Shown here piece after piece: positions 1-10,740 of a DNA stretch of 64,000 nucleotides. Numbering within the stretch: position 1 is the first letter of the stretch; every line of letters begins with the position of its first letter. The DNA comes from an uncultured delta proteobacterium (GTDB lineage: Bacteria > Desulfobacterota > Desulfuromonadia > Desulfuromonadales > JACZKF01). A model generated the notes under the pieces. The model searched no databases and was not told the DNA's origin. It saw only the letters and a list, made by a program, of their open reading frames with translations. The position numbers were made by a program, and so were the translations under genes. The stretch lies in NCBI GenBank assembly GCA_963816395.1, contig CAWFKQ010000016.1, forward strand, positions 480,001 through 544,000, given 5' to 3'.

Positions 1-119
1 CCGAACTGCATCTTGACCTCCAGGGTAGACAGGTTCTAGGTTAAGCCAAATAGCGAAGGCAGGGTCTTCCGTGATCGGGCCGGGGCGGTCGAGGCATCGA
101 TGGGCCAGTTAGGCAAATA

Positions 120-146
120 GGTACCACAATACCATTTAATCGTCAA
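120..146 (-). promoter_or_regulatory. sigma70-type promoter with overlapping GGTA-N6-TACC operator, pointing off the left edge
   Basis: Minus strand reads TTGACG-attaaat-GGTATTGTGG-TACC, the same layout as upstream of bamA, the SDR gene and bamB. Confidence 0.6.
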
Positions 147-197
147 GATAATATTTCTACTTGTTTCCAGGGGGGAAAACACACCTTAAAGGCTGGT

Positions 198-235
198 AAA
201 CAGCGGCGCGGGAACCTCCCCGCACCGCTGTTTTT
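198..235. terminator. Rho-independent terminator, possibly bidirectional
   Basis: AAACAGCGGcGCGGG-loop-CCCGCaCCGCTGTTTTT stem with A and T tails, downstream of the minus-strand bamA-GNAT unit. Confidence 0.65.
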
Positions 236-314
236 CCATCAATATCCGCGGCGGTGGTCCGGCCGGAATTGCCGGACCGAACTGGCGGTCTTCCGAAGGA
301 ACCCTAGCTGGCGC

Positions 315-455
315 GTTTCTGATTCGGAAACGCGCAATTTTTCGCAAGGTCAAGGAAATCAAGGCATTGCGCGGAGGCGTACATCAGTACGCCGGACAAG
401 CAAGGCCGCAGATTGACGCAGAGATTGCGGAAAAGGGCCGTTTCCGGACAGAAAC
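315..455. repeat. ~140-bp MITE/REP-like palindromic element
   Basis: Imperfect ~30-bp terminal inverted repeats (GTTTCTGattCGGAAACG...CGTTTCCGgaCAGAAAC) and an internal hairpin GGCGTAC-atca-GTACGCC (376-393); resembles dispersed Geobacter repeats as I recall them. Confidence 0.55.
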
Positions 456-1436
456 TAGCTGATCGATTTGACCAGGACCAACCGTTGCGACGGCTGAAAC
501 CCGTGTGCGTGCAGGAACTGCTGAAGATCGAAATTCTTCCAGGATACCTGGGTCCGGACGAACTCGACCTTCAGGGTCGACAGATTGACCAGCAACTGGG
601 AAAGCAGGGCTCGCCCCAGGCCGCTGCCGGTGTAGGCCGGATGGACGCCGATGGTATCGATGACGGCCGCCTGGTCGGCCTTGCCGAATTCGCCGTAATC
701 CAGTCGGGCCATGATGAATCCGGCAACGACATTGAAATCCTCGGCGACCAGGGAGACCCGGATACCCGTTTCGACCAGCATCTCCTGGAATTTGGTTTGA
801 TAGTAGGGGGCGCGCTCCCGGCCGGTGAGTTTGCTGTCGATGCGGACAATGGCGGCCAGATCATCCTCCCGCAGGGAGCGGACCAGGAACCGATCGCGGG
901 CCAGGGTATCGTAATCGTCACCGCCGGACCCGTGGACCCGCCAGACGCCGTCCATCTTGACCGAACTCACCTCGCTGACTTTCTCGCGCAGGGGCGAAGT
1001 CTCGCGTTCGATCACCTGACTGAGGTGCCAGCTGGAAACCGGAAGAAGAGAAGAAACTGGTCATCACGTGGTCGGTCCAGACCACCTGCGTTCGCAGCGT
1101 GCCGATGTTTCTCTTTTTCATTCGCCGTTCAATGCCGGAGATCACCGCCTTGCCGATCCCTCTGCGCTGGGCCTCGGGAGCGACGCCGATGGCGTCCAGG
1201 ACGGCTATCGCCCCGGCAGTGCCGAACTCGCCTTCCTGGATCCGGGTGAAACCGTATCCCATCAGTTTTCCGCCCTCCAGCGCCGCACAGGTGATGAAAC
1301 TCTCGGGTGTCGCCGTCGCCACCGCCAGGCGTTTCTCAAAAAAAGCTTTGCGTGGGCGGCCGGCAATCCGGCTTTCGATTTCCGACACCCGCTCCAGATC
1401 GTCGGGGTAGAGGGACCGAAGCGTGAGAGTAGACAT
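455..1436 (-). CDS. Tandem two-domain GNAT acetyltransferase, split by one frameshift near 1015-1025
   Basis: ORFs 918..1436 and 455..1015 each carry a GNAT domain (DAIGVAPEAQRRGIGK; DTIGVHPAYTGSGLGR) and join into one protein. Confidence 0.8.
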
Positions 1437-1494
1437 TTGCGTTCTCCTTGTTCGGCTATAGAACTTCTGGCGGTTCCTGCAAGTCCCCAGCCTC

Positions 1495-2640
1495 TCAGCT
1501 TTTGACGCCCGGCATCAGACTCTCGATCAGCTCCTCGGTCCACGGTGTACCCTTGGCCAGAGCCTGGCGCAGCTGGACGAAATCGATCTCGCGCCCGGTC
1601 TCCTTGGTTCCCTCGTTGAAGGCGCGGAAGCCGGTGCGCGCTTCGTTCATCATGTTCAGCGCCAGCCAGGCGCGGGAATTTTCCTTGTTGCGGTTCCAGG
1701 CGTCGAGCTTGGGCTTGCGCAGCTCCTCCAGGCTCTTGGTCATGCACTCGGGGAAGGTCTCCAGCAGCTTGGCGCACAGCTCCTCCACCTTCTGATCGAG
1801 CAGGCTCAGGTCCACCTCGCCGCCCTTGATCTGTGCCTGTCCTTCCTTGAAGGCGGCGCCGGTCTTGAAATCGCCATGCACGAGCCGGCCGTACTCGTCG
1901 AGCAGCCGGTCGGTGATCACCGTCGGGTTGGCGACGAATTTGCCTGCTACCTTCAGCGCCGGCACCACGTCGGCGATGATCCCCAGCCGCGCCGCCTTGT
2001 GCGCCGAGAACGGCTCGCACAGCGTGCCGGAAACCATCGCCTGCTCGCAGCCGATCATCAGCGGCAGAAAGTCGGTCGCCCCGCCGATGGCCGCCGAACC
2101 GTGCTTGGGCCCGGCCTGGCCGAAGTTCGCCAGGTCCTGGGCGAGGCTGAAGTCGCAGGCCATGCCGATCTCCTGGCCGCCGCCGATGCGCATGCCGTTC
2201 ACCCGGCAGACCACCGGCTTGTCGCAGCCCAGGATGGCCGAGACCATGTCGTTGAACAGCCGCATGTACTGGCGGTACTCCTGCGGGTTGCCGGCGTAGT
2301 ACTCGGCGTATTCCTTGGTGTTGCCGCCGGTGCAGAAGGCCTTGTCGCCGACGCCGGTGAACACCACCGCGTTCACCTGCCGGTCGACCGAGGCCCGGCG
2401 AAAGGCGAGAATGGTCGCCTTGACCATGTCGGTGGTATAGGAGTTGTACTGTTTGGGGTTGTTGAAGATGATCCAGGCATTGTAGAGCCCCTCGGCCACC
2501 GAGCCGTCACGGCCTCGGGCGGGGCGCTTCTCGTAGCGGACCATCCCGTCGCACAGACTCTCCACCTCCCGGTCGATCAGGTTATGGTCGATCAGATGCC
2601 CCGGGGCGGTGCGGGCAATTATCTCTTCGGTCGTGGCCAT
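1495..2640 (-). CDS. bamA: 6-oxocyclohex-1-ene-1-carbonyl-CoA hydrolase (ring opening)
   Basis: Crotonase family with Oah/BamA signatures (NNPKQYNSYTTDM, AFCTGGNTKEYAEYY, RIGGGQEIGMACD); AAGGAGG RBS before ATG 2640. Confidence 0.96.
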   Translation of the reverse strand: MATTEEIIARTAPGHLIDHNLIDREVESLCDGMVRYEKRPARGRDGSVAEGLYNAWIIFNNPKQYNSYTTDMVKATILAFRRASVDRQVNAVVFTGVGDKAFCTGGNTKEYAEYYAGNPQEYRQYMRLFNDMVSAILGCDKPVVCRVNGMRIGGGQEIGMACDFSLAQDLANFGQAGPKHGSAAIGGATDFLPLMIGCEQAMVSGTLCEPFSAHKAARLGIIADVVPALKVAGKFVANPTVITDRLLDEYGRLVHGDFKTGAAFKEGQAQIKGGEVDLSLLDQKVEELCAKLLETFPECMTKSLEELRKPKLDAWNRNKENSRAWLALNMMNEARTGFRAFNEGTKETGREIDFVQLRQALAKGTPWTEELIESLMPGVKS

Positions 2641-2734
2641 GGTTTGCCTCCTTCTGCGGTAATTTTCCTGCATGTCTTTGATGCAATAAGATTAAGGGTG
2701 GGCAAGGAAAAGAGTGCCCATATTCCATGTAAGC

Positions 2735-2761
2735 GGTACTCCAATACCAATTTCATGTCAA
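2735..2761 (-). promoter_or_regulatory. bamA promoter with overlapping operator
   Basis: Minus strand TTGACA-tgaaatt-GGTATTGGAG-TACC. Confidence 0.7.
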
Positions 2762-2922
2762 TAAAAATTATTGCCGCTTCGGGGAGAGAACCAGAGCGCC
2801 CCGCTCCTGTCCAGGAGCGAAACCGCAAAACATGGGGAGGTTTGGCGACACTGCCCCAATCGCTACGGTCCTACCCGGATCCATTTGGTTTGGCGCATCT
2901 CCCCCAGGGGAGATAAATAACC

Positions 2923-2957
2923 TTGTACATCCGACCCAATTATGGTAATTCAATACC
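2923..2957 (+). promoter_or_regulatory. Promoter of the GNAT-Rrf2 pair with operator GGTAATTCAATACC (possible autoregulation)
   Basis: TTGTAC-17 nt-TAATTC; operator at 2944-2957 overlaps the -10. Confidence 0.55.
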
Positions 2958-3070
2958 AAGTTACTTCTAAAAGTAATGTTGGGCCGGATGCAACAGGTTC
3001 CCCTGATTTGCCAAGGGTGATTCCGAGGTCATTGAATGCGGCAGAGAAAATCACCATCTTGGGTATCGAC

Positions 3071-3517
3071 ATGAACACGCAGATTTCCATTCGCAATGCC
3101 GTTCCCGCCGACCTCGAGGCCGTGATTGCCTTGGACGAGGTGAGCACCCGGGAGGAAAAACCGGCGTACTGGCGTGACATTTTCGGCCGTTATGTGGACG
3201 GGGATAAGGCCGACCGGTTTTTTCTCATTGGCGAAATAGAGAGCAAGTTCGTCGGTTTCATTGTCGCCGAGGTCCGGGCCTGGGAATTCGGATCGCCGCC
3301 GTGCGGGTGGGTGTTTGCGCTGGCCGTTTCCCCGAATGCCCGCGAGTTTGGCATCGGTCAGCGCATGTTCGAAGAAATATGCAAACGTCTGAAGCAGACC
3401 GGTGTCTCGACGGTGCGGACGATGGTGGATCGCGATAACAAGGTGACCCTGTCTTTTTTCCGTAGTCAGGGATTACGTACGGGCCGATACATTGAACTCG
3501 AGAAGTCTCTCGATTGA
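3071..3517 (+). CDS. GNAT acetyltransferase (BadL-like)
   Basis: GNAT motif A (LAVSPNAREFGIG); directly upstream of an Rrf2 gene. Confidence 0.85.
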   Translation: MNTQISIRNAVPADLEAVIALDEVSTREEKPAYWRDIFGRYVDGDKADRFFLIGEIESKFVGFIVAEVRAWEFGSPPCGWVFALAVSPNAREFGIGQRMFEEICKRLKQTGVSTVRTMVDRDNKVTLSFFRSQGLRTGRYIELEKSLD

Positions 3518-3559
3518 TTCTTTGCTTTCCCGGCATGCTTGCCGGAGGGGAATCGCCTG

Positions 3560-3991
3560 ATGAAATTGAATAAAGCGAGCCTGTATGCCCTTTTTGCCGT
3601 TCTCGAACTGGCCCGTGATCCGGAGCGGCAACTCTCGACTACCGATATTGCCGACAAATACGGCATCTCCACCCACCATCTTGCCAAAGTGATGCGGAAC
3701 CTGGTGCGCGAGGGGTTGGTGCAGGCGGTCCGTGGTGCGGGAGGGGGGTATCGATTTGCTGGAGTCATCAACCGGACGACGTTGCTCGATATCATCCAAT
3801 TGTTTGAAACCCTGGAGTCGGAACTCGACCTTCCGGATCACGAGAGTCCGGCCGCTGCCTCCATCGTGGAGGAACTGCGGAGGATTACCACCGAAATAGA
3901 CGAACTCACCAAGGCGGTCCTGGATACGATTACTCTGGACACCGCTCTCGCCAGCACGCGTAAGCGCACCGGGATTTCCGAAAAAAGCTGA
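3560..3991 (+). CDS. Rrf2-family transcriptional repressor (BadM/BgeR-like)
   Basis: Rrf2 winged helix (HLAKVMRNLVREGLVQAVRGAGGGYRF), no Fe-S cysteines, divergent from bamA. Confidence 0.88.
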   Translation: MKLNKASLYALFAVLELARDPERQLSTTDIADKYGISTHHLAKVMRNLVREGLVQAVRGAGGGYRFAGVINRTTLLDIIQLFETLESELDLPDHESPAAASIVEELRRITTEIDELTKAVLDTITLDTALASTRKRTGISEKS

Positions 3992-4039
3992 TCTCCCAGC
4001 CAGGCCCCGCAGTCCCCCACCCAAACCTTCCGATTTTGG

Positions 4040-4913
4040 TTACACCCCCAGCAGCCTTGCGGCATTGCCGCCAAGAATGTCGTCCACCCCCGCCGCAGAC
4101 AGCGGCAATTCGGCTATAGCGTCCATATTGCGTCTGATCTGGGCCATTCCCGGCCAGTCGCTGCCGAAAATGACTTTGTCCGTATTGCGGGCCAATTCAG
4201 GGAAATAGCTCAACAGTTTGGAGGGGGGCAGGCCGGAGATTTCCATATAGACATTGGCGTGAAGCCTGGACAGGAAGAAGGCCCGGTCGTACCAGAATCC
4301 TCGACCGGAATGGGCCATAACGAGGTTCAGTCGGGGAAAATCGATGGCCACATCATCGAGGTGCAGAGGATCGCCGTATTTCAGGCGGGAGCCTTTGAAA
4401 ACTGACGAGCCCGTGTGGATCAGGACGGGAATGCCCAGTTCCTGCGCGGCCTGGTAGAGCGGGTAAATTCTCGGATCGTTGAGATAGTAGTGCTGGTAAG
4501 TGGGATACAACTTGACCCCTCGGAATCCCTCATCTTCTACTTTGCGTCGCAATTCATCCCCGAGATGATTGAACAGATGAGGATTAACATCGCAGAAAGG
4601 AATCAGTCTCTTTCCTATTTCGGCAGAAATCGCGCACCTGCTCATTGGTGCAAATTCCCGAGGAGACGGGGTTCAGTTCGGCCAGAATACAGGCGTAATC
4701 GACACCTTCATCTGCTAAAAATTCCTCAAAGTGCCCAGGATCGTTGTAGTGTTCAATATAACTCTCATATCCCACGGGGTGCGTTTTCTTCATCCATTCT
4801 GTCACCCAGGAGTGATGATAAGTATAAAGTCCGAGGTGAACGTGGAAATCAATCCGGTCGCGGTGAAGATTTTTCTTTGCGGTCTCTGCTTCCATTCTTT
4901 TCCAGTTCCCCAT
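4040..4913 (-). CDS. Amidohydrolase_2-family metal-dependent hydrolase, frameshift near 4590-4620
   Basis: IDFHVH in 4584..4913 continues into GVKLYP...IHTG...AHSG...FGSDWP in 4040..4645. Confidence 0.85.
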
Positions 4914-5333
4914 TGGTTATCTTAACGAGTGTTTCCCCGTGCCCCTTCCCCATGGACGGACCCGAGCGCCGGGGAAGGAATACCTTCGGATTTAACCCGA
5001 TTTGCCGATGTCCGTCAATACCTCCTTTGCCGCCACAGGTAAAACATCGTTTTTCATGCCCGGATCTTCTGCGGGTATTTGGAAATGATTCGCAACTAAG
5101 GGATTCGGCCTGCCCAGGCGACCGAGATTAAATGGGCTGTCGGTGAAATGGTCATACTTCCTTTATAATCTGAATCTACCTTATATTCAGGTCAACTATT
5201 CGGATTTAACTCGTCTATTTTATTATCCCAATTCTTTTCCATAGAACTTCTTATACCCTTTCCCCAGACACTGAACGGTGAAGCGGGCATTTAAACCACC
5301 GTTCTAAATGACTTGCGAGCAAAAATTCGCATT

Positions 5334-5349
5334 TGGCACTTTCGTTGCT
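5334..5349 (+). promoter_or_regulatory. sigma54 -24/-12 promoter of the XDH-family operon
   Basis: TGGCAC-tttcg-TTGCT, exact consensus spacing. Confidence 0.85.
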
Positions 5350-5534
5350 TATCCTAAGTCAGCACGATTTAAAATAAAACACGGTGTTTAAAGCCCTCGG
5401 GTGGGAGCTCCGCAATGATCCTTCATCGCTGATTGTCGGAGGCACTGGCGTTTATTTGCCGCCCCACTTTCCTGACGCAATCAGAAAAGCGGGGGGGACT
5501 ACCAACCACCGCAAGATGAGCAGAAAGGGAAACC

Positions 5535-6408
5535 ATGAGCAGCCGCGTATTGCCACAGTTTGACCTTCTGTCGCCGCAAAGCATTTCAGAGGCGGTCGAT
5601 ATCCTGGCCGAACACCAGAACCGCATTTCCGTTCTGGCTGGAGGAACCGATTTGCTGATCTGGAATTACATCAGAAAGCAGGAGGCCGCCACCCTCATGA
5701 GTCTTTCGGCGCTGCAGGGACTCGACGGAATCGACTACGCGCCGGGAGAAGGCCTGCGGATCGGGGCCAAGGTGAAGGTGGCCCAACTTCTCACCGACCC
5801 GCAGGTCGCCGCAAAATTCCCCGCCCTGTATCAGGCGGCCTATAACTTCGCCACCCCGCAGATCCGCAATATGGCGACGGTCATGGGCAATATCCTGCGC
5901 GCCTCCCCGGCCGGTGACTGCTCCTGCGCCATTCTGGCCTTGGGGGGGCAGGTGGTGCTGCAGAGCCGCATGGGGCAGAGACTGGTCGATATCGACGATT
6001 TCTGGATTTCCTACGGCAAGACGGCTCGAAGGAGTGACGAACTGGCAGTGGAACTGCGGATCCCCGATTCGGCTCCCACCACCCGTTCGGCTTTTCACCG
6101 GCTGACGCGGGTCCACGAAGATCTTGCCAAATTGAATGTTGCGGTCCGTCTGGAGATGCACCAGAACCTCTGCCAGCAGGCCCGCATTGCCATCGGGTGC
6201 GTGGGACCCACCCCCTTGCGCCTCAGAAAGACCGAGAGCCTTTTGGCTGGATCCGAAATCAGCGAGGCCCTTTTGCAGCAGGTCGCCACCTCGGCGCAAG
6301 GGGAGATTGCGCCGATCGACGATCAACGCTCGACGGCGGCACTACCGGCGCCAAGTTACGGGCGTCATTCTCAGGCGGGTGCTCGAACGCGCGATGCAGG
6401 CCAATTAA
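5535..6408 (+). CDS. XDH/CoxM-family FAD-binding subunit, frameshift near 6340
   Basis: LAGGTDL, ATPQIRNMATVMGN, PIDDQRS; the C-terminus YRRQVTGVILRRVL is in another frame ending at 6408. Confidence 0.88.
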
Positions 6409-6442
6409 ATGTTTTGCTTCCAGTAACAACAGGAGAAATGAA

Positions 6443-7408
6443 ATGGGGAAAGCTTCAGCTCACGACCTTCTTCGCTGCTTTCTGCTGGTTCTGATCGCGG
6501 CCCTCTTGTCCCTGTCCACCCCTGCCCGGAGTTGGGCGGGCGGGGGGCAGCACTACCCCAACGGCGTCGAGGACTTTGTCGTCGGGGCCCTGCCGCCGCC
6601 CGGCGCTTATCTGGTGAACTACCTGCTCTTCATCCAGAAAAACGAATTGAAAGACGATTCCGGCGACAAGGTCCCCGTGGCCTTCTCGGCGGATGTGGTC
6701 GCCGAGGTGCCCCGCTTCATTTACGTCAGCCCCTATACCCTGTTCGGGGCCAGCTGGGGGGCGCACATCTTCCTGCCGATGTACAGCGCCGATGTGGAAG
6801 TCGGTACTTCCGATGCCAATCCCCACAATATCGTCGACTCCGACGAGATGGGGATTGGCGACATCATCTTCAGCCCACTGATCCTGGGCTGGCACTTCAG
6901 CCCCAATTTCCATATGGTTTTCGCCCTGGACATCTGGGCGCCCACCGGCAACTACGACAAGGACCGCCCCGCCACTCAGATTTTGTCGAAAAACCTCTGG
7001 ACCGTCGAGCCGGTCGTGGCCGTCACCTACCTGTGGAAGGGATTCGATTTCTCCGGCAAGTTCATGTACGACTTCAACTCCACCAATAACGACTTCGTCG
7101 TCGCCGGCAAGACGGTGGATCTCGATCCCGGTCAGGAGTTCCACTTCGACTGGGCGCTCGGCTACGCGGCCAAAAACGGTCTGCGCGGCGGCCTGGTCGG
7201 CTACAACTACTGGCAGACCACCGATGACGAAGTCGACGGCGACAAGGTCAAGGACAACCTCAGCCGCGTCGGGGGGATCGGGGTCGGGATCAAATACTGG
7301 CCGAAACAAGGGCCATTCAGCATGACCCTCAAGCAGTACTGGGAGTATGCCGCCCGCAACATCGCCACCGGCCCCCAGACTCAGTTCAAGATTTCCTACG
7401 CCTTCTAG
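6443..7408 (+). CDS. Outer-membrane beta-barrel channel (SphA/phenol MetA, COG4313-like), copy 1
   Basis: Signal peptide ending SWA; GALPPPG, GIGDI and APTGNYD motifs; C-terminal Phe; AGGAG RBS. Confidence 0.85.
   Translation: MGKASAHDLLRCFLLVLIAALLSLSTPARSWAGGGQHYPNGVEDFVVGALPPPGAYLVNYLLFIQKNELKDDSGDKVPVAFSADVVAEVPRFIYVSPYTLFGASWGAHIFLPMYSADVEVGTSDANPHNIVDSDEMGIGDIIFSPLILGWHFSPNFHMVFALDIWAPTGNYDKDRPATQILSKNLWTVEPVVAVTYLWKGFDFSGKFMYDFNSTNNDFVVAGKTVDLDPGQEFHFDWALGYAAKNGLRGGLVGYNYWQTTDDEVDGDKVKDNLSRVGGIGVGIKYWPKQGPFSMTLKQYWEYAARNIATGPQTQFKISYAF
6529..7407 (+). repeat. 879-bp near-identical direct repeat of 45927..46805
   Basis: Constant offset of 39398; I found four synonymous substitutions by eye, plus a TAG/TAA stop difference. 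Confidence 0.95.
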
Positions 7409-7485
7409 ACAGCAGGGGAGCCGGAGCGCCGCCGGCTGGGTCCGGGCAAGTAACAATCGGAGTGCGCGAGACAAAGGAGATATAC

Positions 7486-7996
7486 ATGAAAACCCGAATG
7501 ATCACGCTCTGCGTCAACGGCAAAAATCACCGTCTCGAGGTGCCGGTCAACCGGACCCTTCTGCAGGCGCTGAGAGATGACCTGCAGCTGACCGAGACCA
7601 AGTACGGCTGCGGGACGGGGGAATGCGGGGGCTGTACGGTCCTCGTGGATGGCAAGGACAGCATCTGCTCCTGCTTGACCCTGGCCGTCGAGGCAGAAGG
7701 AAGACACATCATTACGGTCGGAGGCATGACCCGGGAAGGCGAACTCCATCCGATCCAGCAGGCCTTCATCGATGAAGGCGCGATTCAGTGCGGCTACTGC
7801 ACGCCAGGGATGATCATGAAGACCGCGAGCATCCTGGCCAACAATCCGACAGCCATCCGAGGAAGAAATCCGACGGGGGCTGGAAGGCAATATCTGCCGG
7901 TGCACGGGGTACGAAAAGATCGTGCGTGCGGTCCAACGCGCCAGCCAGATGACGAATGACTCGCAAATGCAAAGGGCAGGAGGGCTGAGCTCATGA
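7486..7996 (+). CDS. XDH/CoxS-family 2x[2Fe-2S] subunit, frameshift near 7850
   Basis: [12 protein letters not shown] and [17 protein letters not shown] follows in a shifted frame ending at TGA 7996, overlapping the next ATG. Confidence 0.9.
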
Positions 7997-10344
7997 GCGA
8001 AATAACCTATATCGGCAAGAGTGTACCCAAGGTCGATGCCCGCGAAAAGGTGACGGGCAAGGCTCTTTATGCCGCCGACGTTCAGCTGCCGGGGATGCTT
8101 TACGGCAAGATCGTTCGGTGCTGGGAACATGCCCATGCCCGCGTGGTCCATCTCGATCTGTCCGAGGCGGCCAAAGTGCCGGGGGTGGTCAAGGTCCTGG
8201 GACCCGGGGATGTCACCCAGAAACATTACAACACCGGAGTTCTCGACCTGATGGTGCCCGCGGATGTCGGCCAGCTCCTCGGCGATGTCGAAGACCAGCG
8301 CATCTTCACCGACCATGTCCGGCATCAGGGAGACGCCATCTGCGGGATCATCGCGGAAAGCGAGGAGGCCGCCGAGATTGCGGCGCAAAAGGTCGTGGCT
8401 CTCTACGAACCGCTGCCGGTCTACCTGCGGGCCGAAGAGTCGGCCAGAGCCGACGCCTTCCAGTTCGATGCCAGGAAACCCGGCAATCGGGCCTTCCAGC
8501 TGCCGGAGCAGATGTTTCCGGGCAACGCCTACGGCTGGGGGGATGTGGAAGCCGAAATGGCGCAGGCCGATCTGGTGGTAGAGGAGACCTTCTCCGTCCC
8601 CAAGGTCAAACAGTGCCAGATGGAGCCGCACGCCTATGTGGCCCTCTTCGACGAGAAGGGGCGCCTGAACTGCTGGACCTCGACCCAGATGCCGAAATGC
8701 GTCCACAACAAGCTGGCGAGGCTCTTCGAGTTGCCCATGTCCCGGCTCAACCTGATTTCCACCACCATCGGCGGCGGTTTTGGCGGCCGGCTGGGGATGG
8801 TCTTCGAGCCCGAGACCTGCGCCATGGCCATGGCCGTTCCGGGCCGCCCGGTCAAGGTCCAGTCGGCCAGGGAAGAGGACTGGACGGCTTCGGAGAGTCG
8901 TCATCCCGGCAAGTATTGGCTGAAACTGGGCTTCAAAAAAGACGGAACTCCCGTGGCCGCCGACGCCCATTTCACTTCCGACGCGGGGGCCTACTACACC
9001 CACGCTTCCGGTCCGGCCTTCACCACCGGTTCCTGGCTCACCGGCATGTACAAGTTCAATGCCATCCGCTACAAGGGGGATTCCTACTATACCAATCAGG
9101 CCCCCAGCGGCGCCTTCCGCGGCTACGGCAATCCCCAGACCAACTTCGTGCTGGAGCAGCTCGTCGACCGGGGCTGCGAGAAACTCGGTATCGACCCGCT
9201 CGACTGGCGCCTGCGCTGGCATAAGCAGGCCGGTGACGATGGCTGGTGCATCGGCGTCCCCTACTCCTCCTGCGCGCTGGATGCCTGCCTCAAGCAGGGC
9301 GCCGAGGCGATCGGCTGGAAAGAAAAGCGGGCCAGATATGCCAACCAAACCGGCAAGAAGCGCCGGGGGGTTGGGGTGTCGGTCATGAACCACACCAGCG
9401 GCGCCATGCCGATGCTTCTGGAGCACACGACCTGCACGGTCAAGATGAACGAGGACGCTTCGGCGGTAATTACCCTCGCCTGTTCCGACCTGGGTACGGG
9501 GTCTCATACGGTGCTCAGGCAGATCGCCGCCGACACCCTCGGCATCGCGATGGAGGAGATTCATCTGCACGTCAACATGGATGCGGCTGGTTTCGACATC
9601 GGCTCCCACGCCAGCCGGACGACCTACACCGGCGGCGGCGCGGTCATCAAGGCCTGCGAAGATGTCAAACGGCAATTGCTCGAGCGCGCCGCCAGCCGCC
9701 TGGGGATTCCGGCCGAGGATCTGGAGATGAGAGACCGTAAGATCATCTCCAGGAGCAACCCCGAAACAGCCATGTCGGTCCGGGAGATCTGCCACGCGGG
9801 GGTCTACCATTTCGTCAACCCCCAGACGGGTGAGGCCAACGGGGTGCCGGGACAGATCCAGGGCTATGCCAGCCACTTCGCCAGTCACAACTCCCCACCA
9901 TTCGGGGCCTGCTTTGCCGAGGTCGAAGTCGACATCGAAACCGGCGAGGTCAAGGTGCTGGAACTGGTCATGGCGCACGACATCGGCCGCGCTATCAACC
10001 CCAAGGGCGTGGAGGGACAGCTGGAAGGGGGCGCCCAGCAGGCGTTGGGAATGGCCCTGACCGAAGGTATCAGCTACGATGCAAAGGGACTTTGCCGCAA
10101 CAACAGCTTCACCGATTACAAGATGCTGGGCCCGATGGACATGCCGAAAATCACCACCCTCCTTATCGAACAGCCCGATCCCATCGCTCCGCTGGGGTTG
10201 AAAAGTGTCGGCGAGGCTGGACCCGTCAATCCGGTGGGGGCCACCGCCAACGCCGTAGCCCATGCCCTCGGCATCATGATGACCGAGGCCCCGATCACGC
10301 CGGAGAAAATTCTCCTGGCCCTCGCTGAAAAGAAAGTTGCCTGA
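7993..10344 (+). CDS. XDH/CoxL-family molybdopterin catalytic subunit (N-heteroaromatic hydroxylase candidate)
   Basis: GGGFGG, AFRGYG, DLGTGS, GQLEGG and catalytic KSVGE motifs. Confidence 0.92.
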   Translation: MSEITYIGKSVPKVDAREKVTGKALYAADVQLPGMLYGKIVRCWEHAHARVVHLDLSEAAKVPGVVKVLGPGDVTQKHYNTGVLDLMVPADVGQLLGDVEDQRIFTDHVRHQGDAICGIIAESEEAAEIAAQKVVALYEPLPVYLRAEESARADAFQFDARKPGNRAFQLPEQMFPGNAYGWGDVEAEMAQADLVVEETFSVPKVKQCQMEPHAYVALFDEKGRLNCWTSTQMPKCVHNKLARLFELPMSRLNLISTTIGGGFGGRLGMVFEPETCAMAMAVPGRPVKVQSAREEDWTASESRHPGKYWLKLGFKKDGTPVAADAHFTSDAGAYYTHASGPAFTTGSWLTGMYKFNAIRYKGDSYYTNQAPSGAFRGYGNPQTNFVLEQLVDRGCEKLGIDPLDWRLRWHKQAGDDGWCIGVPYSSCALDACLKQGAEAIGWKEKRARYANQTGKKRRGVGVSVMNHTSGAMPMLLEHTTCTVKMNEDASAVITLACSDLGTGSHTVLRQIAADTLGIAMEEIHLHVNMDAAGFDIGSHASRTTYTGGGAVIKACEDVKRQLLERAASRLGIPAEDLEMRDRKIISRSNPETAMSVREICHAGVYHFVNPQTGEANGVPGQIQGYASHFASHNSPPFGACFAEVEVDIETGEVKVLELVMAHDIGRAINPKGVEGQLEGGAQQALGMALTEGISYDAKGLCRNNSFTDYKMLGPMDMPKITTLLIEQPDPIAPLGLKSVGEAGPVNPVGATANAVAHALGIMMTEAPITPEKILLALAEKKVA

Positions 10345-10351
10345 TCTTGCT

Positions 10352-10387
10352 CAGGGGGAAGGCTGGCCGGCGGTCAGCCTTCCCCTG
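10352..10387 (+). terminator. GC-rich hairpin after the XDH operon (no U-tract)
   Basis: CAGGGGGAAGGCTGGCC...GGTCAGCCTTCCCCTG. Confidence 0.4.
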
Positions 10388-10740
10388 CCAGCCCGCCCGC
10401 CGCCCGCCCGCCCGCACAAAGGCATCTTCCCGGCGCCAGAAGCGTTCCGCAGCGGATCTTCCGGTTGCATAGCCTCTCTGAAAAGGCGCGGTACTGGAAA
10501 CGGTCCCGGCCGTTTACAACGTGTGACTCCCGGGTGAAACCGCTCTTTCCCCTCCTTGCCCGCATCTCCTGAATCACTGTTTTATATCCGAAAAATTTTT
10601 ACGCCGACATCGGCTCGCTATTTCCTTGCCTGCCCAAGAGACAACATGATACGAAATAAGACAGTTTTTTATTCCCTTTTTCCCGCTCTTTGCGTGCCAG
10701 CCTCTGGTCCGGTTGACTTCTGAAGGTGGAGTGAATCGTC

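Noticed and set aside
5535..10344. XDH trio as 4-hydroxybenzoyl-CoA reductase for the phenol pathway
   Set aside because: The FAD subunit lacks the diagnostic [4Fe-4S] insertion, and the operon has its own sigma54 promoter resembling that of the isatin-hydrolase operon; disfavoured, not excluded
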